Sequence record: PQ287642.1
Length of the DNA stretch: 64,000 nucleotides
Direction: 5' to 3' (one strand)
Below the pieces are notes generated by a model, which saw nothing but the letters and a program-made list of their open reading frames with translations, made no database searches and had not been told where the DNA came from. This document shows positions 18,157 through 27,348 of this stretch, in pieces. Each line of letters starts with the position of its first letter. Within the stretch, counting starts at the first letter, position 1. The position numbers and the translations under genes were made by a program.

Positions 18157-18612
18157 TTAGTATTGACGCTCTATCAGTTCTGATAATTGCCAGTAATATT
18201 TGTTAGTCCACTTATCAATAAACAATGTCACTCTGATGGCTTCACCTGATTCAAAATAATAGGTGCCATCTGGAGTGAGACTTGGATAATTAGAACCTAG
18301 ACGATGATAATCACCATTACTGTCTTCGTAGAGTACACAACCTCCACTTATGATACCTGTCGGAAAGACGATATCACATGCAGTACCAGAAACATAATCG
18401 CTATTGTATTTTAAAACAATACCGATGTCATATTCCCTACCTTCATCTGAGGGATTACCAAGTATAAGAATAGTATCGACGTATTTAGAAACATCGATCT
18501 TGTTAACGGCCATTGTGTAGCCGTCATAACTAAACTGCTCAGGGTAATCAGTGATCAGAAGCTGGTTTGGTGATTCAACAAAGTTCCAGCAATTAATTGG
18601 ATTAATGTCCAT
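18157..18612 (-). CDS. Small beta-rich protein, possible fibre-tip/receptor-binding accessory
   Basis: Start revised to ATG 18612 (RBS AGGTG). Beta-strand-rich with aromatic C-terminus KYYW, like the fibre end domains in this window. Confidence 0.55.
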   Translation of the reverse strand: MDINPINCWNFVESPNQLLITDYPEQFSYDGYTMAVNKIDVSKYVDTILILGNPSDEGREYDIGIVLKYNSDYVSGTACDIVFPTGIISGGCVLYEDSNGDYHRLGSNYPSLTPDGTYYFESGEAIRVTLFIDKWTNKYYWQLSELIERQY

Positions 18613-18619
18613 ATAACAC

Positions 18620-19042
18620 CTACATGTTGTTGAATTCGTAATGTGGTCCACGCATGATCCATCGAATAATCGGTGTATCTTCATCAATCCAGACTACACG
18701 TAGAATCTCAACTCCGTTACCAGGTTGGATAACTAGTTGAATACCATTCCGTTTACCAAGCCATCTCTCTGGGACGTTGAATATGATCGAACGTTCGCTA
18801 TGGTTGAAAACTTTAAATCGGACACGCTGGTCAGCAGGCATATCTGGAGTATCCAGGTAGAAGATAAACGCGTCATTATAATTTCCATTAGCTTTATCTT
18901 TACCATCGAAAGTACCACCGGTTAAAATCAGTGTACTACTCAAAATATCCTTTCTATTGCTTACAGTCTCTCCACCTGCGCCGGCACCAGAAAGATCCAT
19001 GGTGATGATCTCTGGCCAACTAACACACATCGTAGCCATCAT
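18620..19042 (-). CDS. Small beta-rich protein in the LamG cassette
   Basis: 140-aa ORF with RBS AAGGAGG. FKVFNHSERSIIFN resembles WIIINNSGHEITFD in 19049-20623. Confidence 0.55.
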   Translation of the reverse strand: MMATMCVSWPEIITMDLSGAGAGGETVSNRKDILSSTLILTGGTFDGKDKANGNYNDAFIFYLDTPDMPADQRVRFKVFNHSERSIIFNVPERWLGKRNGIQLVIQPGNGVEILRVVWIDEDTPIIRWIMRGPHYEFNNM

Positions 19043-19048
19043 TCCTCC

Positions 19049-20623
19049 TTAAACAAGAGTTTCATAAGTACGACCTTGACCATTGTTGTATAGCCACGCG
19101 ATCTCTTCTTTCTCTAGCGGTCGCCAACATAATCCAACTTCATCTACAGCACCATCAAACTTGGAATCACTAAAGATTTCTCCGAACTGTAGACCATCAT
19201 AAGAACCACTACTTGGTAATGGAATTTCTTTACGTATCGGATTACCATTGTCAACATAGATCTCAAGGAATCGATCTTTTACTTGAAGAACGATGAATTG
19301 CCATTCTCCTTTACCCATGTGTTGACCGCCAGTAGATACAGTAGTCTCTGTGTTAGCAGCATTGCGAGAGAATCCTCTCCAGCCGTTGGAACCTCTGTAC
19401 GATAAGCCGTACTTACAGCCATAGTACTCGCCAAACTTACCAAGAGTCAATACATATTCCTGACTTACGGTTGGGTTATTTACTTTAAACCAACCAAACA
19501 TTGCCGTACCGCTATTATAGCTACCGAAGTTACCTTCAGCACCGGAAGCTTTTATACCACTTAGTGCTTGACCAACTTTACCAGGTATCGTACTTTCAGA
19601 GTTAAATCCGAAGTTATGACCGCCGTGTGAGTCTGTAGCAATCCCTTCCATGGCATACCAACTAATCAAGTCATCCATGATAGAACTACCTACAGTTTTA
19701 CCTTGAACAATATCCCCAGAAATTGCCCAAATCCATTGATTGGTATTATTATCCCAACCGATGGCAGTACCACGAATAGTCCCACCCTGTTTAACTGCGA
19801 TTACATTCCACGCAGGCAAGAGGAATTTATTATGACTAAGTCCCTCTGGATCAAATGTGATCTCATGTCCGGAGTTATTGATAATAATCCATTCATGTCC
19901 AGGTACAAGTGTAGCTGGATCATTTTCATGGTAGGTAGGCCAGTTCAGTGTAGGTACCTTCTCACCCTCAGGAATTGGTTCGAGTACATAAACACGGTTA
20001 CCATTCTGTTGTACACTAAGAGATACATAGTAACCTGGGTTACCAAATGTACCAGTAATGTAATTAGAGATCGAACCTTCGAAGATATGTTCATAGAACC
20101 CATCTGTAGGTTCAGGCTCTGGACCAGGACCATCTCCACCTGAATGTAACCAAAGAACTAGTTCGCCGGTAAAATACAGTGAGTTGTAAATAGACTTTAA
20201 TAACCAGTTAGGTCCGACTTGTCCACCGGTATAATCGATAGAAGTATCGTTAACCCAAATATCTGATTTTGTTAAATTTAAAGTCGATTTACGAGCCACT
20301 TCACCAAGGACTTCAGTAGAGTTCTCCATCTGTTGGAGTTCTTCAACTTCAGAAGCCGTCCAGTATGGATTTTCAATAAAATCGTTTAGGTTAAAACGAT
20401 CGTAATAAAAATCGTAAATAGTGTCATAAGAAGTTCCCTTCTGAATAAACACTACTGTCTGGTTGGGTCTTTCTTTAGTTGCTGCTGGTTGTACTCTAAT
20501 AACCCGAGAGTTTGCTTGGGTCAGACCTAGGCTGGAATATTTAGCGTTAATCGCTTTATAAAGTCCAACTAATGGACTAGCACCGATAGGGTTATCGGCA
20601 AGTGAAATAGAAATTTGACGCAT
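19049..20623 (-). CDS. Virion protein: N-terminal attachment domain plus C-terminal laminin-G/concanavalin-like domain
   Basis: C-terminal LamG-like pattern LISWYAMEG..ATDS.G.H, GKVGQAL, WQFIV, YVDNG, FDGAVDEVG...RPL..EEI..LYN. N-terminal FYYDRFNL motif and a GPGPEPEP linker. Confidence 0.7.
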   Translation of the reverse strand: MRQISISLADNPIGASPLVGLYKAINAKYSSLGLTQANSRVIRVQPAATKERPNQTVVFIQKGTSYDTIYDFYYDRFNLNDFIENPYWTASEVEELQQMENSTEVLGEVARKSTLNLTKSDIWVNDTSIDYTGGQVGPNWLLKSIYNSLYFTGELVLWLHSGGDGPGPEPEPTDGFYEHIFEGSISNYITGTFGNPGYYVSLSVQQNGNRVYVLEPIPEGEKVPTLNWPTYHENDPATLVPGHEWIIINNSGHEITFDPEGLSHNKFLLPAWNVIAVKQGGTIRGTAIGWDNNTNQWIWAISGDIVQGKTVGSSIMDDLISWYAMEGIATDSHGGHNFGFNSESTIPGKVGQALSGIKASGAEGNFGSYNSGTAMFGWFKVNNPTVSQEYVLTLGKFGEYYGCKYGLSYRGSNGWRGFSRNAANTETTVSTGGQHMGKGEWQFIVLQVKDRFLEIYVDNGNPIRKEIPLPSSGSYDGLQFGEIFSDSKFDGAVDEVGLCWRPLEKEEIAWLYNNGQGRTYETLV

Positions 20624-20641
20624 GTGTATCCCCTAATAAAA

Positions 20642-20667
20642 GGAGAGGGTTTCCCCTCTCCCTTATG
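20642..20667 (-). terminator. Stem-loop with TATG arm
   Basis: GGAGAGGG-TTTC-CCCTCTCC-CT-TATG, just after the stop at 20671. GAAA tetraloop on the minus strand. Confidence 0.6.
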
Positions 20668-20670
20668 TTT

Positions 20671-21978
20671 TTAGGATAATTCTTCTACGCTAGCTTTAGC
20701 TACAACCATGTAGTTAACGTTCTTAAAGTATGCGCTTGCATAAATCACGTTATCACGAATCATGCGAGACACCCCTTGTGGAACAGAGCTATAGCGAGTC
20801 ATCCCTTCGGCTGCTTTCAGTAGCTTCGAGAACAACATCATCCATTCAATTGTTTCAGGCGACGATTTATTGATATCCCCAGTATCGTTAGTTACTAACT
20901 GATAATCTTTAAATTTCTGCGAGAACTGTGTAATACCATTCCTGTTTTGAGGGTTACCCAATACGGAGAAGGCAATGGATTTGTATGTGTTCGAAGACAG
21001 CTCGAATTTATTGTCTACGTAGGTTTGAGTATAACCTGGCCCACGTGCAGTTCGACGAATCAAAGGAAGTCGTTTACGATGGTCTACAGTAGGACTGTAG
21101 GTACCAACTCGATAATCGGCTTGTTCGATAGAATACTGGTTCCAGAATGGAGTAAAGATGAACTCAGTTGTCATGAACAGGTCTGGAAGAATAACTTCCC
21201 AATCTGTCCGTGGATGTGAAGAGTCAGCCAGTAGTTCTTCTACAATCTTGTCTTTGATGAGGTCAGGGTTGTTGCCAGCCTCGCCATAGACGATTGCAAT
21301 CCAATAGGCGGGGAAACGCATAGAATCATCACGGGGATTATGGTATTCAAACATGAATGCCCGTTGATGTGTATATGGATATTGTGCCCGCTTAGCCTGA
21401 ACTTCTTCGATCTTCTCAACGAGATCATAATCGTCCAGTAGCTGCTTAACAATAAGCGGATCTTTAAAGAAATCGTCATACGGAATTATCGGATGTACGA
21501 TCTCGATGATGTATTCATCGTACTGAGCTGCAAAGGATTCATCTGCAAGCCAGATATTCATCTGGTTAGCTTCAGAACCAACTAATACGAATTCAACCCA
21601 TTCTGGCATCCAAATGCTACCGTTAGAAATCATTTGACCACTACGGAAACTTTGGATAACCCCATTAAACTCTGCCATCACCAGTTGACGAAGTACGTTA
21701 GGATCGGAACCGATCGTACCAGAAATCGACTGTTGATAAATATATTCACCTAGCTTAAGAACTTGATCTTTGTTGTTACCAGCAACATCAACAACGTTTC
21801 CATCCTTTACGCTATGAAAAGAAATAAAAACAACGTTTGGTGCGGACGTACCGGTGTGGAAAGTCTTGTCCTTTGCATAGGTTGCGCTGTTCGACGAAAG
21901 TTCGCCGAGCTTCGCTACAGTTTCAGGTGCATTCGAAATGAGTGCAGGGAAGCTGTAAAAGCCTTTCAAATTGTACAT
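20671..21978 (-). CDS. Virion structural protein (phiKZ gp157-like)
   Basis: 435-aa ORF starting MYNLKGF. Synteny upstream of the divergent RNase H operon. Confidence 0.6.
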   Translation of the reverse strand: MYNLKGFYSFPALISNAPETVAKLGELSSNSATYAKDKTFHTGTSAPNVVFISFHSVKDGNVVDVAGNNKDQVLKLGEYIYQQSISGTIGSDPNVLRQLVMAEFNGVIQSFRSGQMISNGSIWMPEWVEFVLVGSEANQMNIWLADESFAAQYDEYIIEIVHPIIPYDDFFKDPLIVKQLLDDYDLVEKIEEVQAKRAQYPYTHQRAFMFEYHNPRDDSMRFPAYWIAIVYGEAGNNPDLIKDKIVEELLADSSHPRTDWEVILPDLFMTTEFIFTPFWNQYSIEQADYRVGTYSPTVDHRKRLPLIRRTARGPGYTQTYVDNKFELSSNTYKSIAFSVLGNPQNRNGITQFSQKFKDYQLVTNDTGDINKSSPETIEWMMLFSKLLKAAEGMTRYSSVPQGVSRMIRDNVIYASAYFKNVNYMVVAKASVEELS

Positions 21979-22167
21979 GTGCTATCCTCATGAGCGAGAG
22001 ATCGATGGTCTTCCATCTATAAAATCAGTCACTCCGCTTGTGCTTATTTAAAACGTCGGGTATACTAATGCTTTTAAACGGTTAGTATATTGTCTTTAAT
22101 GTCTATTGATCTCAGCCATCCACGGCTTTTATGGGTAGGCGCAATGTCTAACTGAACAGAGGAAATC

Positions 22168-22455
22168 ATGCTCAGTTTAACTGCAAAAGCCTTGCTCCTG
22201 TTGTGGCCCTTCCTGAAACGGGCGATCTTCGGTGATCGTACTGTCCGTGAAGTGATGCTGGAAAACAAGCACGTTACGTTTATGTTTGCGATGGTACTGG
22301 TCTTGGCCATGTCGCTCATGTTAACTATCGGCGAGTTGAATGATGTTAAGTCAGAGAACTGGAAGTTGAAACAACGTCCGGAATGTGTATGCGATGTAGA
22401 CTCTGTCGAATCGCTTCAAGCCAGGCGAAAGCTTCTGGGTGAAATTCTGAAATAA
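22168..22455 (+). CDS. Small inner-membrane protein (i-spanin-like or holin-like)
   Basis: TM segment VTFMFAMVLVLAMSLMLTIG, followed by a short helical domain with CVC. RBS AGAGGA. Confidence 0.6.
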   Translation: MLSLTAKALLLLWPFLKRAIFGDRTVREVMLENKHVTFMFAMVLVLAMSLMLTIGELNDVKSENWKLKQRPECVCDVDSVESLQARRKLLGEILK

Positions 22456-22481
22456 CCTTTAATGGGCTGTAGGTGAACCAC

Positions 22482-22892
22482 ATGTCTAAAAAATATTTAC
22501 TAGTACTTTGTTTGACTCTTTCTGGTTGCGTTATTTATGCACCGAGGTACACCACACAGACTGTGGTTCAGCAAGAGACAACTTCCAGCTGGGAATTTAG
22601 CCAGCCGCAAATTAAAACAATAACGGAAGTGAAAGAACGAGTTATACAAACACCTGTCACAGAACAAAAGCGTCCGTTAGCAAGCTGTGAACCGTTTGTA
22701 CTCCCACGCGCTGCTTTACTCCCCGAGAAACCGAACGAAGAAGAATTAGCGAGTGCGCAGTCTTCAGAAGAAATCGATCGGAAACTCTCGGAGTATGTAG
22801 CCGAACTTCGTGCGTACAATGTTGCCGAACGATCCAAGATAGAGCAAGCCCACCAAAAGTGGTTGGATCACTGTCAAAGAAAACTCGACTGA
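22482..22892 (+). CDS. Lipoprotein (o-spanin-like)
   Basis: Start revised to ATG 22482 (RBS AGGTG). Signal MSKKYLLVLCLTLSG-C with lipobox LSGC, Pro-rich middle (CEPFVLP..LLPEKP) and helical C-terminus with Cys. Confidence 0.7.
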   Translation: MSKKYLLVLCLTLSGCVIYAPRYTTQTVVQQETTSSWEFSQPQIKTITEVKERVIQTPVTEQKRPLASCEPFVLPRAALLPEKPNEEELASAQSSEEIDRKLSEYVAELRAYNVAERSKIEQAHQKWLDHCQRKLD

Positions 22893-22934
22893 TTTATACT
22901 TTAGTTAAGAGTCTGTTGACAGAGGTAAAAAACA

Positions 22935-24380
22935 ATGTGCGACGGTATAGTGCTATACACAGATGGATCATTCCGTCAAGGTCTAGCTGGTTGGGGAGTC
23001 CATGGTTACACTTACACCAATACACCGATGAAGTCTAAAGCTGCTACAAAACAGCAGCCAACTGCATCGGGTTATCAGGATGTCGGTGCCGAGGATACTT
23101 GTACGGTTATTGAATATATCGACTCCTTCGGTAAGGTAGTCGATAATCCGACGAACAACACCGCTGAGCTTAGTGCGGCGATTAACGGCTTTAAGATTGC
23201 AGATGCCTCTAAGGCTACTAAACTAACCATGCTTATGGATAGTGAGTATGTCAGAAAAGGTCTCGAATCTTATCTCCCAAAATGGATAAAAAACAATTGG
23301 GTTAAGGTAGATGGTAATCCTGTAGCCAACAAAGATCTATGGATTGCTCTGAACCAGCAAAAGATGGATTGGCTTAAGAACGACCGCAAACTGGAACTCA
23401 AATGGGTTAAAGGCCATTCGGGAGATATAGGCAACGAGAAGGCTGACGTCAATGCGCTACGCGGAGGCGGTGCTTCGGTTACACCTAAAACAGTTAAGGT
23501 TGAAGGCGATGCCATCAACAAGCTGAAAAAAGTTCAGATGAATCCACTGATCCTGGAGTCCCGTCTGCTCTTTGGAATTAATAGTGGGAAACCCTCGGAT
23601 GGGACCTACTACATGTACAACCTCGGAAGTATGCATAATGCGGGCCATCGTCCTAGGGATACTGCCAAAGATAAATTGGCCAAAGCAGATTTGCTACTTG
23701 GGAGAAGGATTTCCGAAGCAACCTTTGGAGTCTATAAATCTCGGGAACCTGACGAGTATTTAGAGAATCTAATTGAGCTACATACGAAAGCATTTGGGAC
23801 TGACCTCCCAGAACTCGGTATTCTCAATCTGGGTAATGCTTGTGGAGCAAAGCAACGCCAGCAAATCGAATCACTTGGGCTTGATGCTCTTGTACGTTTT
23901 GATGACATCTTTGTTCTTGCAACTCCAGATATGGGTCTCATTAGTAGGACTCTCAACCCACCACGTATGGCTAACGATGCGGTAAGCATGTTTAACGTGC
24001 TGGAACGTCGTTTGGCGGAATACACGGCGGGAACGATAGGAGAGTCGGTTTATAAAATCGACATTACCGATCACCTGTATGAAACTGTACAGAGCGGTAA
24101 GAAGACGGTAACCCAACTTAAGAAGTCTATCACTCAAAATACACCATATCTCGATATTCCTATCGATTATAAAGGACAGAAGGTATCACTCCGATTGGCA
24201 TTGACAATCGATATTCCTTCTCGTAACCAACTCGCTCGAATCAGCTGCGAGGGTGTTAAAGTGGAAGTACTGATTGTAGCTACGGGTCCGTTAGCCTATT
24301 CATACTCGACTGTGTTTGTAACTGATGATGGTTCTGCCATCTATGAAGCACCGTACACACAGTTCATTTTGAAAAAATAG
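22935..24380 (+). CDS. rnhA: Ribonuclease HI with long C-terminal extension (phiKZ gp155-like)
   Basis: LYTDGS, GWGVHG, TNNTAEL, MDSEYV, W..NNW, ANKDLW and WVKGHSGDIGNEKAD give the full RNase HI catalytic set, plus ~300 extra C-terminal residues. Confidence 0.92.
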   Translation: MCDGIVLYTDGSFRQGLAGWGVHGYTYTNTPMKSKAATKQQPTASGYQDVGAEDTCTVIEYIDSFGKVVDNPTNNTAELSAAINGFKIADASKATKLTMLMDSEYVRKGLESYLPKWIKNNWVKVDGNPVANKDLWIALNQQKMDWLKNDRKLELKWVKGHSGDIGNEKADVNALRGGGASVTPKTVKVEGDAINKLKKVQMNPLILESRLLFGINSGKPSDGTYYMYNLGSMHNAGHRPRDTAKDKLAKADLLLGRRISEATFGVYKSREPDEYLENLIELHTKAFGTDLPELGILNLGNACGAKQRQQIESLGLDALVRFDDIFVLATPDMGLISRTLNPPRMANDAVSMFNVLERRLAEYTAGTIGESVYKIDITDHLYETVQSGKKTVTQLKKSITQNTPYLDIPIDYKGQKVSLRLALTIDIPSRNQLARISCEGVKVEVLIVATGPLAYSYSTVFVTDDGSAIYEAPYTQFILKK

Positions 24381-24390
24381 TGGGTAACTC

Positions 24391-24801
24391 ATGAGCCTTA
24401 TTAGCAGATTCTTGAGGCTGGATGAAAATCCATTCAGGACATTCTGGGTTTTCATCTGGAATCACCTGGATAATGGCTTCAAACGGATGTGCGTAATGGC
24501 GTCATTGCATGCCGCACTGGTGCAGTGTCGCGATCACGAATGCGAGCGGATATCTTCGCTTAATTCAGTGATGCGTCTCGTGAGGGATGAAAGCGCCTTA
24601 CGCTTACCAACGTTATTTGGACCTTACGTTTGGAAAGGTATCCTCCCTATCGAGAAGGTTGATCTTGAATCTGACAAGTACTTCGAAAGGATCGCTCGAA
24701 AGACTCCCTGCTGGCTTCTATATACAGACAAGGAAACTTTCGTTAAAGAACTTAAGCAATTAGTACACCATTGCATGAAGGAACGTCAGGCGACAGCTTA
24801 A
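24391..24801 (+). CDS. Hypothetical protein in the RNase H operon
   Basis: 136-aa ORF with RBS GGGT, closed by the 24805 hairpin. Confidence 0.65.
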   Translation: MSLISRFLRLDENPFRTFWVFIWNHLDNGFKRMCVMASLHAALVQCRDHECERISSLNSVMRLVRDESALRLPTLFGPYVWKGILPIEKVDLESDKYFERIARKTPCWLLYTDKETFVKELKQLVHHCMKERQATA

Positions 24802-24804
24802 CGG

Positions 24805-24836
24805 CATAAAGCCCCACCATTAGGTGGGGCAATATG
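24805..24836. terminator. CATA-stem-loop-TATG element between convergent genes
   Basis: CATA-AA-GCCCCACC-ATTA-GGTGGGGC-AA-TATG between the stops at 24801 (+) and 24842 (-). Confidence 0.75.
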
Positions 24837-24841
24837 TTGTC

Positions 24842-25810
24842 TTACAGAGAACGAAGATGTTTCTCTGTTTCAGCTAAGACATTATTGGTTTCAATAATTC
24901 GTGTCATTTGAATGGAGAACCACTCTACCCACTTAGCTACTTGGGTTAGTTCCTCGGACATCATCTTAGCGAACTCGCTGGATGTTTTGATATCGCCTTC
25001 TTTACCGATCCGTTCCATCAAAGCAGTTACAGTTTGACTTAATGCTTCTACTGCACTCTTAACGGTAGAGGTTTCACCACCTTTAAGAATGGTATTAATC
25101 TCGAACATATGTTGTTCAGATTCATAGAAGTCATTCATCGAACTGTAAATCTTACCAAATGCAACAGTTGACTGGCGGTTATTAGCAAAGAACTGAGCGT
25201 CTTCTTTAATAAGCTGGTCAATCGATTTATCAATATCGATACCGTATTGGAAGTCTCGACGTTCTGCACGATCTTCAGGAGTAGTCAGATAATGACCAAA
25301 GCGAGATGTCGCGGGTCGAATAACCTTCTCTACTACTTGCGCCATTACCTGTGCACGCGATACCAGACCAGCGGTATATGGAAGCATTTCGCCTTTAAAG
25401 CCAGCTGGTTGCGGAACAATCTCTTTCTCAACTTCGAAATAATCCAGAGTAGCCACAAAGCCTTTCATGGATAGAGGATTAAGAGGTAGAAGCGGATCAT
25501 AGTTCCACGTAGTCAGATAACGGAAACCGTCTTTAATATGAACTCCCATATTGGATACTTTACGGGCAAACCAATTAGAAACATTACCAATGAAACCAGC
25601 TTCAGTGGAAATTGTACCCAGAGCATCGAATAGTTTGTCTGTAGGAGTTTGATCTACAGGAAGAACTTCTGTTTCAGGGGTTTGCTCTGCTGCTTGAGGA
25701 TCACCCTCAGTGAAGAACTTATTCTGAGAACTATCAAAGATAACGTCATCAGTCTGGACGTTTTCATTGGAGACCTTCTCAGTGTATTTATTAAGAACAT
25801 TTTTAATCAT
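24842..25810 (-). CDS. Head protein with acidic propeptide (phiKZ gp153-like)
   Basis: Start revised to ATG 25810 (RBS AGGA). The acidic N-terminus ends in ISTE|AG, an S-x-E maturation site. Divergent from recA. Confidence 0.62.
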   Translation of the reverse strand: MIKNVLNKYTEKVSNENVQTDDVIFDSSQNKFFTEGDPQAAEQTPETEVLPVDQTPTDKLFDALGTISTEAGFIGNVSNWFARKVSNMGVHIKDGFRYLTTWNYDPLLPLNPLSMKGFVATLDYFEVEKEIVPQPAGFKGEMLPYTAGLVSRAQVMAQVVEKVIRPATSRFGHYLTTPEDRAERRDFQYGIDIDKSIDQLIKEDAQFFANNRQSTVAFGKIYSSMNDFYESEQHMFEINTILKGGETSTVKSAVEALSQTVTALMERIGKEGDIKTSSEFAKMMSEELTQVAKWVEWFSIQMTRIIETNNVLAETEKHLRSL

Positions 25811-25850
25811 GGTTGTTTTCCTATGGCACAAGAGTTGCGAATTCTCTAAA

Positions 25851-25861
25851 CATAAAATTAC
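25851..25861. promoter_or_regulatory. Overlapping divergent late (TATG, -) and middle (AAAATTAC, +) promoter motifs
   Basis: In CATAAAATTAC, CATA (25851-25854) reads TATG toward the structural gene and AAAATTAC (25854-25861) faces recA. Confidence 0.5.
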
Positions 25862-25908
25862 TCTCAATATCAATAAAGTGATTGGCTAATCACTAAAAGG
25901 TAATATCA

Positions 25909-27348
25909 ATGTTCGCTAAACACTTCCAACGTCCGGCCTTCCGCCCGGCGGTTAATATCGGCTGCCTGATGGATGTATCCACTGGTAAATATGAACAAGG
26001 TAAACATGGCGAGATGATCTGTAACGGTGGTCTCGGTCCGATGACCGGTATCGCATCTCGACCTAACAACTTTAAAACTGCACTCGCTGTGTATATGCTA
26101 GCGATGGTTCGTCGAGCTATGCCGGGTTCCCATGGCATGATCTATGATACCGAGGGTACCTTGAACCCGGTTGCACGTTTCAGTAGTCTTGCAGCTCAAT
26201 TCAGTGATCTGCAAAAGATCGATTGGGAACATGACGAACAATTCATGTTCACTGACCTTTCTCGATATACCGGCGATGAGTTCTTTAAACTCTTCCGTAC
26301 AGCACTTGGTGAGAAAGAGAAAGCAGAAAAAGAATATCAGCGCACTACTCCGTTCCTTGATGTTGAAGGTAACAACAAGAAATGCATGTACCCGACAACT
26401 GGCCTGATCGATAGTTTCTCGAAGTTTATCGTTACTGCCGTATCGGATATGTACGAGAAGAATGCTATCGGTGCATCTGGTAACAACACCGATGCCATGA
26501 CTAATGGTAAGGCTAAGAACCAGCTGTTCAACCAATTGCCTCAGGTATGTGCTAAGACCGGTACTTATATCGTACTGACTGCGCACACTGGTGACATCAT
26601 CCAAATGGAGATGTACCCGACTGATAAACGTAATCTTTCCCACATGAAGAAGGATACGGTTCTTAAAGGCGTTAGTTCTGGCTTCTATTCGCTGCCTAAC
26701 AACGTATTCTCTATCGAGTCTAACAAACCTCTTGTTAACAAAGAGAAGATGCCTCTGTATCCGATCGATAACTCGACCGCAATGGAAGGGGATACCGATC
26801 TTAAGATTCTGGAGGTAATGAACCTTCGTGGTAAAGGTGGTATTACTGGTCTTCCTTTCCATATCGTAGTTTCTCAGACTGAAGGTGTACTTCCTTCGCT
26901 CACTGAGTTCCATTACTGCAAAGAAAATGGTTGGGGTATTGGTGGCAACCTTCTGAACTACTACATTGAACTTTGCCCAGATATCAAGCTTAGTCGTACC
27001 ACTGTACGTAAGAAGCTTATGGAAAACGAATCCCTTCGTCGGGCTGTTGAAATTCAATCTGAGATGCTTCAGTTGATCCAGTTCCAGCGTTGGACAGCTG
27101 AAGATGTATGTGATCCAAAGACACTGTACGAAGATCTGAAAGCGATGGGTTATGATTGGGATATGATCCTGAATACGACTCGTGGCTATTGGATGTGTGA
27201 AGAAGACGAAGCTCTCACCGATAAGAAATTCCTTTCGACCTACGATCTTCTTCGTATGCGTACCGGTGACTATAAACCTTACTGGATGACTGATGATGAA
27301 CGTGCTAAGATTATTCCGTTGGATCTGGCCAAAGCGAAAGCTGCCTAA
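25909..27348 (+). CDS. recA: RecA/UvsX-like recombinase (phiKZ gp152-like)
   Basis: Atypical Walker A GIASRPNNFKT, YDTEG, Walker B LIDSFS, LTAH, and a RecA-like C-terminal sheet (NLRGKGG). Confidence 0.82.
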   Translation: MFAKHFQRPAFRPAVNIGCLMDVSTGKYEQGKHGEMICNGGLGPMTGIASRPNNFKTALAVYMLAMVRRAMPGSHGMIYDTEGTLNPVARFSSLAAQFSDLQKIDWEHDEQFMFTDLSRYTGDEFFKLFRTALGEKEKAEKEYQRTTPFLDVEGNNKKCMYPTTGLIDSFSKFIVTAVSDMYEKNAIGASGNNTDAMTNGKAKNQLFNQLPQVCAKTGTYIVLTAHTGDIIQMEMYPTDKRNLSHMKKDTVLKGVSSGFYSLPNNVFSIESNKPLVNKEKMPLYPIDNSTAMEGDTDLKILEVMNLRGKGGITGLPFHIVVSQTEGVLPSLTEFHYCKENGWGIGGNLLNYYIELCPDIKLSRTTVRKKLMENESLRRAVEIQSEMLQLIQFQRWTAEDVCDPKTLYEDLKAMGYDWDMILNTTRGYWMCEEDEALTDKKFLSTYDLLRMRTGDYKPYWMTDDERAKIIPLDLAKAKAA

